Shown piece after piece: positions 36,774 to 46,858 of a DNA stretch of 64,000 nt (positions are counted from its first letter, which is position 1; each line of letters opens with the position of its first letter). The position numbers and the translations under genes are program-made. The notes under the pieces are model-generated. The model worked only from the letters and a program-made list of their open reading frames with translations. It was not told the origin of the DNA and did not search any database. This stretch comes from Candidatus Thermofontivivens primus (GTDB lineage Bacteria > Sysuimicrobiota > Sysuimicrobiia > Sysuimicrobiales > Thermofontiviventaceae). The stretch spans positions 2,967-66,966 of the forward strand of contig JAVKJW010000008.1 in the NCBI GenBank assembly GCA_031458695.1. Reading direction: 5' to 3'.

Positions 36774-37259
36774 TCAGAATGTAGCAAAGGGGACGATTCC
36801 TGTCTCGCCGATAGCATAGATCACCAGAGGGCCCTGGCGCGCACCGTCCATGCCCGGTGATCCTGGAGGCATTCCCGGCAAGGCGATACCTTTGATCTTC
36901 GGCTTCGTCTGGAGCAGCTTTGTAATCGCTGCGGCAGGGACGTGCCCTTCTACGAAATAGTTTCCCATGATCAGGGTGTGGCAGCTGCGCATACTCTGTG
37001 GAATTCCCCATCGATCCTTAATCTTCTCAGGATCCTGCACCGGCATCAACCTGATGCCGAAGCCCGCGGACGTGAGGTAATCCGCGTAGCTCCTGCAGCA
37101 CCCTCAGGTGGGGGAGAAGTAGATGTCCCCCACGATAGGTTTCCCCGGTTGCGCAGCACGTGCACTCTCCAGGAGCTGTGGGGACAGGGCTGCAAGCATT
37201 GCGGTGATCACTCCGACCAGCAGGGCTGCTTGCACAGCGCGCTTCTGAGCGGGACGCAT
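36774..37259 (-). CDS. DUF411/CopG-like secreted metal-binding protein with in-frame TGA at the conserved CxCC motif (candidate selenoprotein)
   Basis: Manual translation of the minus strand gives MRPAQKRAVQAALLVGVITAMLAALSPQLLESARAAQPGKPIVGDIYFSPT[TGA]GCCRSYADYLTSAGFGIRLMPVQDPEKIKDRWGIPQSMRSCHTLIMGNYFVEGHVPAAAITKLLQTKPKIKGIALPGMPPGSPGM... A GAGGAGG RBS precedes ATG 37259. The TGA at 37104-37106 replaces the first Cys of CxCC. Confidence 0.6.
37062..37092 (-). promoter_or_regulatory. candidate SECIS-like hairpin 14-42 nt downstream of the in-frame UGA
   Basis: mRNA GCUACGCGGAUUACCUCACGUCCGCGGGC folds as a 6-bp stem CGCGGA/UCCGCG (extendable to ~9 bp with a bulge) with a 10-nt loop. It does not match the E. 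coli fdhF SECIS loop. Confidence 0.25.
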
Positions 37260-37286
37260 GCACGTACCTCCTCGCAAGTGATCTCA

Positions 37287-37308
37287 CAAGAATCCCCCAG
37301 GATTCTTG
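37287..37308. other. perfect inverted repeat CAAGAATCC-ccca-GGATTCTTG (9-bp stem)
   Basis: Lies 28 nt upstream of the DUF411 gene start, in the intergenic region after the PepSY-like gene. No U-tract follows, so it is not a canonical terminator. Confidence 0.4.
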
Positions 37309-37449
37309 CGGGGGCCTCGACACGAGATGGGGCGGCCCTTGGGCCTCGGCCCAGGGCGCGCCCCTTCCCAAGGTCATTCGGAGTACCCCGGCAAAACTCC
37401 TTCGACTCCTGCCGGGGCTCACCTGAAAAATCGGGGATACTTGGACGCA

Positions 37450-38169
37450 CTAGTCAAGCTCCTTCTCCCGGATAAAGTCCCCGTGCCAGTAGTGGTACCA
37501 CACCGCGCCTGTGTAGCCGTTGACGCTGAGCATGCCTACAATCTTCCCCCCACGGGCCACGTGGATCGTATAGTACCCGTAAAAGGTGTGGACATCCTCC
37601 GCGGTCGCCCCGGGCATGACCGTTGCAAGGTAGCGGTTGGCGATCTGCTTCGCCTGTTCCTTCGTCACGGGCATGGCTGAGGGCGGAGTGATCCGTGTAG
37701 GCGCTTGGTACCCCCACCGTGGGCCCCAGCCAAAGCCACCCATCATACCGTAGCCACCTCGCCAAGCAACCATATGACCGTATTTCGTGTTCCACATCAT
37801 ATTCGGGCCAGGCTCGGGGTAGACAGCACCGGTGAATCGATCGACGAGTAGCTCAAACGCGCCGATGCCGGTGCTTTTCTCCTTCACGACGACGTAGAAA
37901 TTCCGAGTGAACTCCATGATCTCTTCCAATATGAGGTCAGGGTTGCCATAGGAGGCAACAGCCTGCCGGGCAATCTCCACGGCGCGTTCCAGCGAAATCG
38001 GCTGGGCATTCGGGGGAACTGCTCCCCAAAAGCCAAAGTGGGGACACGCCCCAGGACCGTATCCCCCCATCATCCATGGGCCAGGCCAATACGGCTGGGC
38101 AAATACGGGGATTGCAGAAACGAGTACCCCTGCGATGGCAAGGATCCAGGCGAACTTCTTCACCCTCAT
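37450..38169 (-). CDS. secreted PepSY-like protein with Gly/Met/Trp-rich repeats
   Basis: Signal peptide MRVKKFAWILAIAGVLVSAIPVFA, followed by ISLERAVEIARQAV (PepSY-like) and repeats such as MMGGYGPG and GGYGMMGGFGWGPRWG. Confidence 0.55.
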   Translation of the reverse strand: MRVKKFAWILAIAGVLVSAIPVFAQPYWPGPWMMGGYGPGACPHFGFWGAVPPNAQPISLERAVEIARQAVASYGNPDLILEEIMEFTRNFYVVVKEKSTGIGAFELLVDRFTGAVYPEPGPNMMWNTKYGHMVAWRGGYGMMGGFGWGPRWGYQAPTRITPPSAMPVTKEQAKQIANRYLATVMPGATAEDVHTFYGYYTIHVARGGKIVGMLSVNGYTGAVWYHYWHGDFIREKELD

Positions 38170-38477
38170 CACCCCTTCCTTGGTAGTCTTATCTCTGAGG
38201 TCATCCCCCTCCACTACTGATCCTACGAGAGGGATATGAAGAATCTTTGAAGGGAAAATGGGAAGATTGTGAAAGGGCTTCAGGTGGTGTCTGAGAGAGG
38301 GAAGCGGCGAAATGCCTGCTACCACCTACACCGAACCAGTACACAAGAAGGTGGGCGTCCTATCCTCGGAAATCTTCCCCAAAAATCGGGTCTTCGCCCG
38401 ATGGTGAGCGTGTCCATTGTGGAGTATCTTTTCTTAGGAGATCCTTACGAATCCTGATAGGGTATCCTTAGAAAGCG

Positions 38478-38738
38478 ATGCGGCGGCTAGCGGAGCTCAA
38501 ACCTGGAGAGAGGGGACGCATCCTGGAGGTTATCGCAATGGCAGAATCCCTCGCCGCCCTGGGGTTCATCCCGGGGGCCACAGTACGAGTCCGCCAACGG
38601 GTCCGCGGGGGTCCTCTCCTTGTGGATCTTGGTGAATCGATGTACGCCCTCGGTCGAGAGATAGCTGCCATGGTTGCGGTAGAACCAGAGATGGACTGTC
38701 TCGGTCCAAGAAGAGGAACCAGTCAGAGAGGGAGATGA
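38478..38738 (+). CDS. feoA: FeoA-family protein
   Basis: LAELKPGERGRILEVIAMAESLAALGFIPGATVRV matches the FeoA SH3-like pattern. It lies directly upstream of feoB with an ATGA overlap. Confidence 0.8.
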   Translation: MRRLAELKPGERGRILEVIAMAESLAALGFIPGATVRVRQRVRGGPLLVDLGESMYALGREIAAMVAVEPEMDCLGPRRGTSQRGR

Positions 38739-40744
38739 GGCATTCCTGTCACTCTCCCACCACAACGATCCCCTTTTTGAGGTCTGCCCAGGACCTTCCT
38801 GTTGTTGCTCTCGTGGGAAACCCGAACTCGGGGAAGTCCACACTTTTCAATGCGCTCACCGGGTCATGTGCCGAAACGGCGCACTATCCGGGAACCACAG
38901 TGGAGATCCTCACAGGTCTTGTCCCGCTCGGGGATCGACAGATCATGCTGGTAGACCTGCCTGGCTTGTATACCCTGCGGGGAGGAGGGGAGGAGCGGCA
39001 AGTCGTGCGCGAGGTGCTGCGTTCTGGTGTGGACGCAGTAGTTGCTGTGGTGGACGCGACGAACCTGGCGCGGCATCTCTACCTTGTTTTAGAACTGCGG
39101 TCCCTCGGTCTCCCCCTGGTCGTGGCCTTGAACATGATTGACCTCCTGACGTCGCAGGAAGGAAGGGTTGACGTCAAGGAGCTCGAGCGCCTCCTCGGAG
39201 TCCCTGTCATTCCTACCATTGCCACCACAGGGCAGGGAGTAGACAAGGTCGTCCAGAAGATCCTCTCCATCACTTCCAGCCCTCCTCCTGCAGTGGCCTT
39301 CCTGGGTCCGGAGCTAGATGATTCGATCGAGAAGTTGGGCGATGCTCTTGAGGGATATCCGCTCCCTCCAGGGCTTTCCCGTCTTTCTGTCGCACTGTTG
39401 CTCTTGGAAGGAGATCCAGAGGTCACCTCGTTCTTCTCCAGCCGCCCGGGAATGGAGGGCATACTCCAGCAGGTCGTGGAGACGCAGGAGCGCCTAGAGG
39501 AAACCTTAGGGATGCCCTTGGCCGTTGCAATAGCTGCAGCCCGCCACAGGGTCGCCGATCACATTGCGAAGCAGGTGGTGAAACCTGGCGTTCGTCGGGA
39601 GAGCTGGCTATGGTCCTTGGCGATCTCTCCCCGCGCGGGCGTCTTCTTCCTCCTGGGTGTCCTGGCGATCTTGTTCACCGTCTTGTTCTGGGGTGGAAAC
39701 TTCCTTTCTACGCTTCTCAGCGCAGGCTGGGCAATGGCTGTCTCCCCGTTCCTCCAAACGGCTGCGCGGGCGATGTTCGGTGAAGGAGTGATCGGCAGGA
39801 CGGTCCTGTGGGGAGTCGACGCGGGCCTTCTTGCAGCTCTTTCGGTAGGGATTCCCTATGTCCTCACTTTTTACATCCTCCTGGCGTTCCTGGAGGATAC
39901 CGGATTCCTCAACGCCATGGCTTTCCTTGCGGACCGACTCATGAGGAGTTTCGGTCTCCATGGTCGGGCCATCATTCCTCTCGTGGCCGGGGCAGGGTGC
40001 AACGTGCCCGCCATCATTGGCACGCGCGTGCTGCCGACCATGCGAGAGCGGACCATCGCCTCCACCCTGATCACCCTTGTTCCGTGCAGCGCGAGAACGG
40101 CTGTGATCTTGGGCGCCGTTGCCCTCTCCCTGGGTATCCTCCCTGCACTTGCGCTCTACCTCCTCGTCCTAGGGGTGATCGTCCTCGTAGGGTGGGGTCT
40201 TGGGAAGGTATTGCCTGGACAAGCCTCGCCTCTCGTCATGGAGGTGTTCCCTTTTCGTAGGCCGGTGGTCAGGGTCTTGTGGAGAAAGACATGGGCTCGG
40301 TTCAGGGAATTCCTCATCGTGGCCCTCCCCTTGGTGATGGTGGGGAGTATTGTCCTGGGTGGTCTGTACGAGAGTGGTCTCATCTGGAAGCTGAGCAGGC
40401 CTCTCGCTCCCGTCGTAGAAGGCTGGCTAGGGCTCCCTGCGGTGGCTGGGTTGACCCTCGTCTTTGCCGTGCTCCGCAAGGAGCTGGCACTCCAGCTCCT
40501 CGTAGCCCTGGCCATCGTGCGCTACGGGCCAGGAGCGGAGAGCCTCCGGGCTTTTTTGAATGGGCGCCAGATTTTTGTCTATGCCCTCGTGAACACCCTG
40601 TACATCCCGTGCATCGCCACGATTGCAGTTCTTGCAAGAGAGCTGGGGTGGAGACGCGCCCTCCTGATCTCCACCTTTACCGTGGCCCTGGCGGTGGCTA
40701 TCGGGGGCGTCGCCAATAGGCTGATCCTGTGGTGGGGAGCTTAG
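38735..40744 (+). CDS. feoB: ferrous iron transporter FeoB
   Basis: N-terminal GTPase GNPNSGKSTLFNALTG plus a ~450-aa polytopic membrane domain. Confidence 0.9.
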   Translation: MRHSCHSPTTTIPFLRSAQDLPVVALVGNPNSGKSTLFNALTGSCAETAHYPGTTVEILTGLVPLGDRQIMLVDLPGLYTLRGGGEERQVVREVLRSGVDAVVAVVDATNLARHLYLVLELRSLGLPLVVALNMIDLLTSQEGRVDVKELERLLGVPVIPTIATTGQGVDKVVQKILSITSSPPPAVAFLGPELDDSIEKLGDALEGYPLPPGLSRLSVALLLLEGDPEVTSFFSSRPGMEGILQQVVETQERLEETLGMPLAVAIAAARHRVADHIAKQVVKPGVRRESWLWSLAISPRAGVFFLLGVLAILFTVLFWGGNFLSTLLSAGWAMAVSPFLQTAARAMFGEGVIGRTVLWGVDAGLLAALSVGIPYVLTFYILLAFLEDTGFLNAMAFLADRLMRSFGLHGRAIIPLVAGAGCNVPAIIGTRVLPTMRERTIASTLITLVPCSARTAVILGAVALSLGILPALALYLLVLGVIVLVGWGLGKVLPGQASPLVMEVFPFRRPVVRVLWRKTWARFREFLIVALPLVMVGSIVLGGLYESGLIWKLSRPLAPVVEGWLGLPAVAGLTLVFAVLRKELALQLLVALAIVRYGPGAESLRAFLNGRQIFVYALVNTLYIPCIATIAVLARELGWRRALLISTFTVALAVAIGGVANRLILWWGA

Positions 40745-40756
40745 GAGCAGAGGGGC

Positions 40757-40954
40757 ATGGGAGCAGAGGGGCGGAGGATCAAGGGAGCACAGGGGGAAAC
40801 GAGGATCATTTGTCCTTTATGCGGGGCCCTCTTCGACCCGGCCGATTTACGAACGTGCCAGCTCTGTCCCCTGGGAGGTTCGTGTGACTTGGTGATGTGC
40901 CCAAGGTGCAACTACGAGTTCCCGCTAGAAGAGAGAGGTAGACTACCGTCCTGA
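40757..40954 (+). CDS. Cys-rich zinc-ribbon-like small protein
   Basis: CPLCG...CQLCPLGGSC...CPRC form three CxxC pairs. The ATG lies between two copies of the 13-mer GGAGCAGAGGGGC. Confidence 0.45.
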   Translation: MGAEGRRIKGAQGETRIICPLCGALFDPADLRTCQLCPLGGSCDLVMCPRCNYEFPLEERGRLPS

Positions 40955-40972
40955 CACCTGACGACTGGAGTT

Positions 40973-41362
40973 CTACGACGTCCTCGGTTGCAGGGGGCAT
41001 AGGGTTCCTCGCCAGAGCTTCTTCCCCCGTGCCCACTCCATCCACGCCTCATCTCCGAGCTCTGCCCTCTTCGCCGCAGACTCGATGCGAAGGCGTGGAG
41101 GTTGGTCGTGGGCCGCGAAGGAGATGAGCAGTTCGCAGGGGAATTCGGGACAGACCCCGCAGTGCGCTACCCCACGCTCCTTAGCGCACTGGTAAATGGG
41201 GCAGATGTTCCGGAACTCCACCATCTCCTGGAGGGTACACGCGGGGACGTATTCCTCATACCAGGGATCGCCTTCTGCGAAGACACCACAGACTCCAGCG
41301 AAGCGAAGCTCCCCTAGCTCCGCCTGTGCTTTTTCGATGAGCTCTCGCGATGAGGCCATCGC
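40973..41362 (-). CDS. DUF3795-like Cys-rich protein
   Basis: ICPIYQCAKERGVAHCGVCPEFPCELL. Start chosen at MASSREL (ATG 41362). Confidence 0.55.
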   Translation of the reverse strand, partial: AMASSRELIEKAQAELGELRFAGVCGVFAEGDPWYEEYVPACTLQEMVEFRNICPIYQCAKERGVAHCGVCPEFPCELLISFAAHDQPPRLRIESAAKRAELGDEAWMEWARGKKLWRGTLCPLQPRTS

Positions 41363-41575
41363 CTTTTTCCTCCTCCCCTGGTGCCGTTTCCACTTCCACC
41401 ATAGTCCAATTGGATCACTTCTGGTATCCGGCGAAGAGAGTATTTCCCCTGCCCTCCCTACGGTATATCTTTGTTCCCACCGAACTCGCCCCATCAAGAA
41501 CCTTCTTGAATGGAGGAAAGCCCCTCCGCGCGAGAGAAATGAACCCCAAACGCTTTATCTCAGGCGGTGGTGAGG

Positions 41576-42706
41576 ATGGCACGGACTGCAGATGCCGTAA
41601 TCGTCGGAGGAGGAGTCATCGGATGTGTATGTGCCTACCATCTGGTGTGCGCAGGTGTGAGGCGGGTAGTGGTCCTGGAGCGGGGAGAGGTCGGTGGGGA
41701 GGCGAGCGGTGCCTCAGCTGGGATGCTTGTCCCCCAGAGCGAGGCGAGCGGTCCCGGTCCATTTCTAGACCTGGGCCTCTTCAGCAGGAGTCTCTTCCCC
41801 AGGCTCCGGGACGAGCTGCGCGAGCGGGCGGGAGTGGACATCGAATACCTCCCCTGGGGGACCCTCCTCATCTTCGAGGAAGGAGAGGAGGAGGCTGCTC
41901 TGGGCCGTCAGTCCTGGCAGAAGTCCCTAGGCCTTCGTGCGGAAGTCCTTCCACGGGAGGAGGTATTGCGGCTTGAGCCCGCTCTTCGGGGGGACATCGG
42001 CGGTGCCCTCTTCCTTCCTGACGACCACCACCTCAACAATGTCGAACTCGTACGGGCCCTGGCGACGGCTGCTCGATCCCTGGGGGCGACGATCCTTGAA
42101 CACACCCCTGCCCTGGAGCTCCTTGTGGAAGGGGATCGGGTCATCGGAGTGAGGACCCCGGAGGATTCCTTCCTCTGTGGGACTGTCATCCTCGCCAATG
42201 GGTGCTGGACTCCTGAATTGACACGCCCCTTGGGGCGGCCGCTTCCTGTCCAGCCCGCCCGCGGCCAGATCGTCTACACTGAACTGCCGCACTTTCTGCT
42301 CCATCATGTGGTTTGGGGGAAGGGTGGGTACCTCGTCCCCAGGCTCAACGGGGGGATCCTCGCCGGAAGCACGGTGGAATTCGTAGGCATGGATAAGAGA
42401 GTCACCTTGGAGGCGGTCAGCCAGCTCAGCGCCATGGCTTTTGAGACGATCCCTGCTTTGCGGAGCGCCCCCTTGATCAGAGCGTGGGCTGGGCTCCGTC
42501 CACATTCCCCTGACGATTTGCCTCTGATTGGTCCTCTCCCTGGTGTAGAGGGTCTTGTGGTAGCGACGGGCCACTTCCGCAACGGGATCCTGTTTGCCCC
42601 CCTCACGGGGATCCTAGTGAAAGAGATGGTTCTTGGTGAACCGCCGTCGGTCGACCCCTCCCCGTTGAGTCCAGGCCGCTTCTTCCACTCCAGCAAAATC
42701 TCCTGA
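41576..42706 (+). CDS. thiO: FAD-dependent glycine oxidase (ThiO-like) / DAO-family oxidoreductase
   Basis: AVIVGGGVIGCVCAYHL dinucleotide-binding motif and C-terminal GHFRNGILFAPLTG, typical of ThiO. Confidence 0.65.
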   Translation: MARTADAVIVGGGVIGCVCAYHLVCAGVRRVVVLERGEVGGEASGASAGMLVPQSEASGPGPFLDLGLFSRSLFPRLRDELRERAGVDIEYLPWGTLLIFEEGEEEAALGRQSWQKSLGLRAEVLPREEVLRLEPALRGDIGGALFLPDDHHLNNVELVRALATAARSLGATILEHTPALELLVEGDRVIGVRTPEDSFLCGTVILANGCWTPELTRPLGRPLPVQPARGQIVYTELPHFLLHHVVWGKGGYLVPRLNGGILAGSTVEFVGMDKRVTLEAVSQLSAMAFETIPALRSAPLIRAWAGLRPHSPDDLPLIGPLPGVEGLVVATGHFRNGILFAPLTGILVKEMVLGEPPSVDPSPLSPGRFFHSSKIS

Positions 42707-42749
42707 TGCGATGTTGCTAGGACCTCATCCTCCAGGGCGGAGCTAGCGG

Positions 42750-45700
42750 TTACCTGACTTTCACGAGCTTCACTCGTGTATCGTAGAAGACCGCGCTGCC
42801 ACCGGTGAGGTCTACGAGGCAGGTATTCTTGAGATACGGGTCTATCCGCATGGCGGCGTTTGCATGCACGCCTGTACGCCGCCTAGGATCGCCTTTGATC
42901 ACCTTTCCGTCCACTACGATGTCTGTGGACCCATAAGCCCAGTGCCCATTTCCGAGGGAGAAGGAAATGACTCCAGGTCGCATTCCTTCCACGACTTTCA
43001 CTTTGCCAACCATTGGGACCTGTTTCCCGTTCCCCACAGGCCAGACGCCCTCCGGGTTACTCGCAGAGGTGATGCGCACAAGGTCTCCTTCCGAAAGACC
43101 CAGCTTCTCTGCGTCCCGTTTGTTCATCACCACAAAGTTCTCCGGGTAGATCGAGAGGAGCCAGTAGTCTGCAATGGTCCGGCTTTTGGTGTGGAAGATC
43201 TCCCGGTGGGTGATGAGGTTCAGGGTGTATCCTGCAGCCTCGTCGGGGATCGGCCGGCCGAGGGAATCTGTGATGGGGACGTACGTGGCGATACCCAGGA
43301 AGGGTTTCCCAGCCATAGAGTTCTTGGTCTCCGCAGCTTTTTCAGAGTACAGGTTGATCAGGGTCCCATACTTGTGCCGTACCTTTTCCCCTTCGTAACC
43401 TTGCTCGTAGTCTTCAAACCGGCCGCCCCGGTTGAGGACGTAGATCACCTTGGGCCACCAGCGATCCCCCACGATGCGCCGCCAGCGGTTCGGGTCGAAG
43501 ACGCTCTTTGGAAGATGGGACCGCGCGCGGAGGAAGAGATCGACCTCCGCGGCATCGGCGTCTGGAACTTCCTCTCCAGGCGCGTCCCCGGCCGCTACAT
43601 TGGCTACCATGCGGAGGTAGAGATCTTCCGGGCGGCGGAAATCCAGCCCGGGTCCGAAGGCATCCTTCCCAAATCCTGGAAGCCCCATCTTCTCTGCAAT
43701 CCCGAGGATCAGCGCCTCTAGGGAGAGGGGGATCTCCTCTCCGAACACCCTCACCGTCCTGGGGATCGGCGCTACAACAGGCGAAAAGATAGGCTGGACC
43801 TTCTGGGCTACAGACGGGTGGGACCCCATGAACTCCCACCGTTCCAGGTAGGTCAGGTCCGGGAAGATGTAGTCGGCATACATGGACGTCTCGCCCACGG
43901 TGATGTCACAAGCCACAACCAGCGGGATCTTTGCAGGATCCCGGAGGATCTCAATGTTGGTGTGGCCTGCGGGCAGGCTGTAAACCGGGGAACCCATATA
44001 GAGGAATAACGCCTTGATGGGGTAAGGATACCCGTCGCCAGCGGAGGGGATGATCTCCTGATAGATGTCACTGGCGAGAGGATACCAGGGCCGCTTGGCC
44101 GGGTATCCGCTGAAGAGCGTGGACTCCTCGTACTTGACTTCGTGGCGGATGATACTGATCCCGAAGGGCTTCATCTTCCCCGCCATCGCGCTGAGGTCAA
44201 AGGGCTTGGGCGGCCTTCCCCCGACGATGTCGTAGGTCGTCGCCTTGATCATCCCGCCCTTCCAGTCGAAGTTCCCCACCAGCAGGTTGAGGGACATCCA
44301 GGCGAGGACGTTGTAGAAGCCGTTGGTATGCTGGGAGACACCACGGTGGATGTCAACGGCTGCCTGCTTTCCGTAGCTCGTGAACTCCCATGCCAGCTCC
44401 ACGATGTCCTGTTCCTTGATCCCGCACAGCTTGGCCCAGGCCGCCAGCGTGCGGGTCTTGCTGGACTCATACAGGACCTGGAGGCCGCTCTTCACTCGAA
44501 TCCCGCCGATCACAGTGTCCACGAGGAGATCCCCTTCCACCGGGGTCTTCTCGTCGTACGGGTCGAAGGCTACAGGCTTGCCATCGCGGAGGACGACGAA
44601 CTCGTCTTTCTCGGATAACCCAATCTCTTTCGCCCGCAGGAACCTTCCTGGCCGGCCATCAGGGCCAATCTTGATGAGCCAGGTTGCATTGGTCCAGGTA
44701 GGTTCTCCGTCGGCTTTCGCCGCACCCTTATTGGCGTTCTGGAGGTAGCGGGCGTCGTAGCGCTTGTTCTCAATGATCCAGCGGATCATCCCGAGGGCGA
44801 GAGCTGCCTCGGTCCCCGGCTTGATAGGGACCCACTTCCAGGCCTTAGCCGCGGTCTTGGAGAGCCTGGGATCTACGACGGCGATCTTGAGGCGCCCATG
44901 TACGATGCCGTCGGTGATCTTGCTGGAACGAAGAGGCGGGCCGTAGTTTCCCTCGAATGGGGATGCACCCACAAAGATGATGAACCGGGCGTTTGCCGTG
45001 TCTGCCTGCCAGTAGAACTTCCGCCCTCCCGTCCACTTCCCCCCAATGTACTGCTCGCTCATGGCTTTGCAGGTGAAGTAGAGGGAGCCCTGGCAGACCG
45101 TGGTATGGCCGTGGGCGTTTACCGACCCAAGCGCGTCTCCGGTGAAGCGCTTGATGAGATCGCCGCGCCCACCCTTCAGGCGACCCCACATGAACACAAA
45201 CTGGTTGTTCTTCGGCCCGAGGTCGGGGTGGTCGGGGTCGATAAGGAGGTGGAGGTGCTCCCGGTGCTTGGCCTTGAACTCCGCCACGGTCATCTCTTTC
45301 TTCTTGATCTTCTCTACATCAGCGGCCAGAGCAGCGGCAAGCTTTGGATCCCGCAGGGCCCAGATCTCCTTTAACCCTTGTACGTAGCGGTTCTCCTCTC
45401 CTGGGACATCCTTGAACAAGTAGCCACCATTGACGATCTCCTCAATCGCTTGTTCGAACGAAATGGTTCGCCACCGGTTGGATCCCCGTGGCCCGGCCCG
45501 CTTGAGGACGGCCCGGAGGCGGTAGGGGTCGTACAAGGTTTGGATTCCAGCCTGTCCCTTCGGGCAGATCGCCCCATCGATGCGGGCGGTGTCAAAGGGG
45601 GAGGCTGTATAGGGGAGATGGGGGGTCATCGTCCAAGGGCTCTGCGGGTTTCCGTCGATCTTGACGACCACACCCTGGAGGAGCTTCACTTTAATCCCAC

Positions 45701-45929
45701 ACCCTGTGTTGCACTGGAGGCAGACAGTGCGCAAGATGTTTTCCGGACGAGAGAGCTCATAGAGGGCACTCCCCTCTCCCGCCTCGGCCTGGTGGAGGAG
45801 TTCAAACGCCCTGTCGATGCGGCGTAGGAGGAGGGCTGAACCTCCCAGGAAGGCCGTGGTCTTGAGGAATTCCCGCCGGGTCATGGGGAGGTCCATCTTT
45901 GGAGATTCCTTCAATGTGCTCCTTAGCAT
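42750..45929 (-). CDS. Tat-exported molybdopterin oxidoreductase catalytic subunit (tetrathionate/polysulfide reductase TtrA/PsrA-like, ~1059 aa)
   Basis: Twin-arginine signal [15 protein letters not shown] and N-terminal [14 protein letters not shown] [4Fe-4S] motif, with large MopB and molybdopterin-binding domains. ATG 45929 follows GGATAGGAGGGGGAAG. Confidence 0.85.
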   Translation of the reverse strand: MLRSTLKESPKMDLPMTRREFLKTTAFLGGSALLLRRIDRAFELLHQAEAGEGSALYELSRPENILRTVCLQCNTGCGIKVKLLQGVVVKIDGNPQSPWTMTPHLPYTASPFDTARIDGAICPKGQAGIQTLYDPYRLRAVLKRAGPRGSNRWRTISFEQAIEEIVNGGYLFKDVPGEENRYVQGLKEIWALRDPKLAAALAADVEKIKKKEMTVAEFKAKHREHLHLLIDPDHPDLGPKNNQFVFMWGRLKGGRGDLIKRFTGDALGSVNAHGHTTVCQGSLYFTCKAMSEQYIGGKWTGGRKFYWQADTANARFIIFVGASPFEGNYGPPLRSSKITDGIVHGRLKIAVVDPRLSKTAAKAWKWVPIKPGTEAALALGMIRWIIENKRYDARYLQNANKGAAKADGEPTWTNATWLIKIGPDGRPGRFLRAKEIGLSEKDEFVVLRDGKPVAFDPYDEKTPVEGDLLVDTVIGGIRVKSGLQVLYESSKTRTLAAWAKLCGIKEQDIVELAWEFTSYGKQAAVDIHRGVSQHTNGFYNVLAWMSLNLLVGNFDWKGGMIKATTYDIVGGRPPKPFDLSAMAGKMKPFGISIIRHEVKYEESTLFSGYPAKRPWYPLASDIYQEIIPSAGDGYPYPIKALFLYMGSPVYSLPAGHTNIEILRDPAKIPLVVACDITVGETSMYADYIFPDLTYLERWEFMGSHPSVAQKVQPIFSPVVAPIPRTVRVFGEEIPLSLEALILGIAEKMGLPGFGKDAFGPGLDFRRPEDLYLRMVANVAAGDAPGEEVPDADAAEVDLFLRARSHLPKSVFDPNRWRRIVGDRWWPKVIYVLNRGGRFEDYEQGYEGEKVRHKYGTLINLYSEKAAETKNSMAGKPFLGIATYVPITDSLGRPIPDEAAGYTLNLITHREIFHTKSRTIADYWLLSIYPENFVVMNKRDAEKLGLSEGDLVRITSASNPEGVWPVGNGKQVPMVGKVKVVEGMRPGVISFSLGNGHWAYGSTDIVVDGKVIKGDPRRRTGVHANAAMRIDPYLKNTCLVDLTGGSAVFYDTRVKLVKVR

Positions 45930-45939
45930 CTTCCCCCTC

Positions 45940-46836
45940 CTATCCATGGCAGACCTGGCAGTTCTTCTTGACGTCTTCAGCGATGTAGTAAACCCTTGGC
46001 CGGGTCCCCAGGTTCGCGTTCACCTGCATATGGGGATTCCGGCGGAGGAGATCGGCGACGAGGCTCCTCTTGTCGGAGATGTCCCCAAAGTACATGGCCC
46101 GGCCAATGCAGGTGGTCACGCAGGCCGGAAGCATCCCGACCTCCAGACGTTGCAGGCAGAAGTGGCACTTCCGACCGGCGCCAATGGGGAGTTGCCCCTC
46201 CATCCGCGTCCATCGCTGGCCGTACTCCACATGCGGTCGAGTCTCATATGCCTGGAGCCTCGGCGTTCCCTGAGTCCAGTATTTCCCATCATCGAAGTAG
46301 AGCGCTGTGTAAGGACAGGCCTTCGCCGCGGCCTCGAAGGCCTTGCGGGTGCGGAACTTGGTGTAGTCAACGACCACGATGCCATCTGGCCGTTTAGAGA
46401 TCGCCCCGGGAGGGGCTGCCTTCATACAGGGTGGATTGTCGCACTGCTGGCAGTTTGTAGGCATGAATACCCGCCTGACTGCGGGATATTCCCCGACTTC
46501 TACCTCTGGAACGGTGCGGTAGGAGACTCCAGGGGGGAGCCTGTTTTCTGCGATACAGGCCACCACACAGGCGTTGCACCCGATGCACTTGCGAGTGTCA
46601 ATGACCATCACCCACTGGCGCTGTTCCACAGGCTTGCGCAACGCCCTCTCCAGGTCCTGCTGCATGCGCAGGACTTCATTGTCGGTAGAGAACCGTTCTT
46701 CCGCACTTGCCCGCCGTTCCGTGGTGACCCCCTTCAGGACAGTTCCCACTTCCGCTGCGACGACCGTGGCCGCAGCAGAGATCACGCCCCTCAGCAACTT
46801 GCGTCGCGTCGCCTTCCCTTTGCAAGGTTGGCTCAT
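45940..46836 (-). CDS. Tat-exported 4Fe-4S ferredoxin-type subunit (TtrB/PsrB-like)
   Basis: [11 protein letters not shown] Tat motif and multiple CxxCxxCxxxCP clusters. ATG 46836 is preferred (AGGAGG-5nt-ATG) over GTG 46842. Confidence 0.85.
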   Translation of the reverse strand: MSQPCKGKATRRKLLRGVISAAATVVAAEVGTVLKGVTTERRASAEERFSTDNEVLRMQQDLERALRKPVEQRQWVMVIDTRKCIGCNACVVACIAENRLPPGVSYRTVPEVEVGEYPAVRRVFMPTNCQQCDNPPCMKAAPPGAISKRPDGIVVVDYTKFRTRKAFEAAAKACPYTALYFDDGKYWTQGTPRLQAYETRPHVEYGQRWTRMEGQLPIGAGRKCHFCLQRLEVGMLPACVTTCIGRAMYFGDISDKRSLVADLLRRNPHMQVNANLGTRPRVYYIAEDVKKNCQVCHG

Positions 46837-46858
46837 AGCCACCTCCTGGACTTGCGGA

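Noticed and set aside
36736-37011. 91-aa minus-strand ORF in an alternative frame
   Set aside because: It overlaps the DUF411/CopG-like gene, whose frame has clear family features, an RBS and a signal peptide.
37104-37106. Treating the in-frame TGA in the CopG-like gene as a plain stop (two separate ORFs, or a pseudogene)
   Set aside because: This was not adopted as the primary reading. The stop sits exactly at a conserved Cys codon position, with perfect frame continuity and family motifs on both sides, which fits a Sec codon better. Pseudogenisation or sequencing error remain the explicit alternatives.
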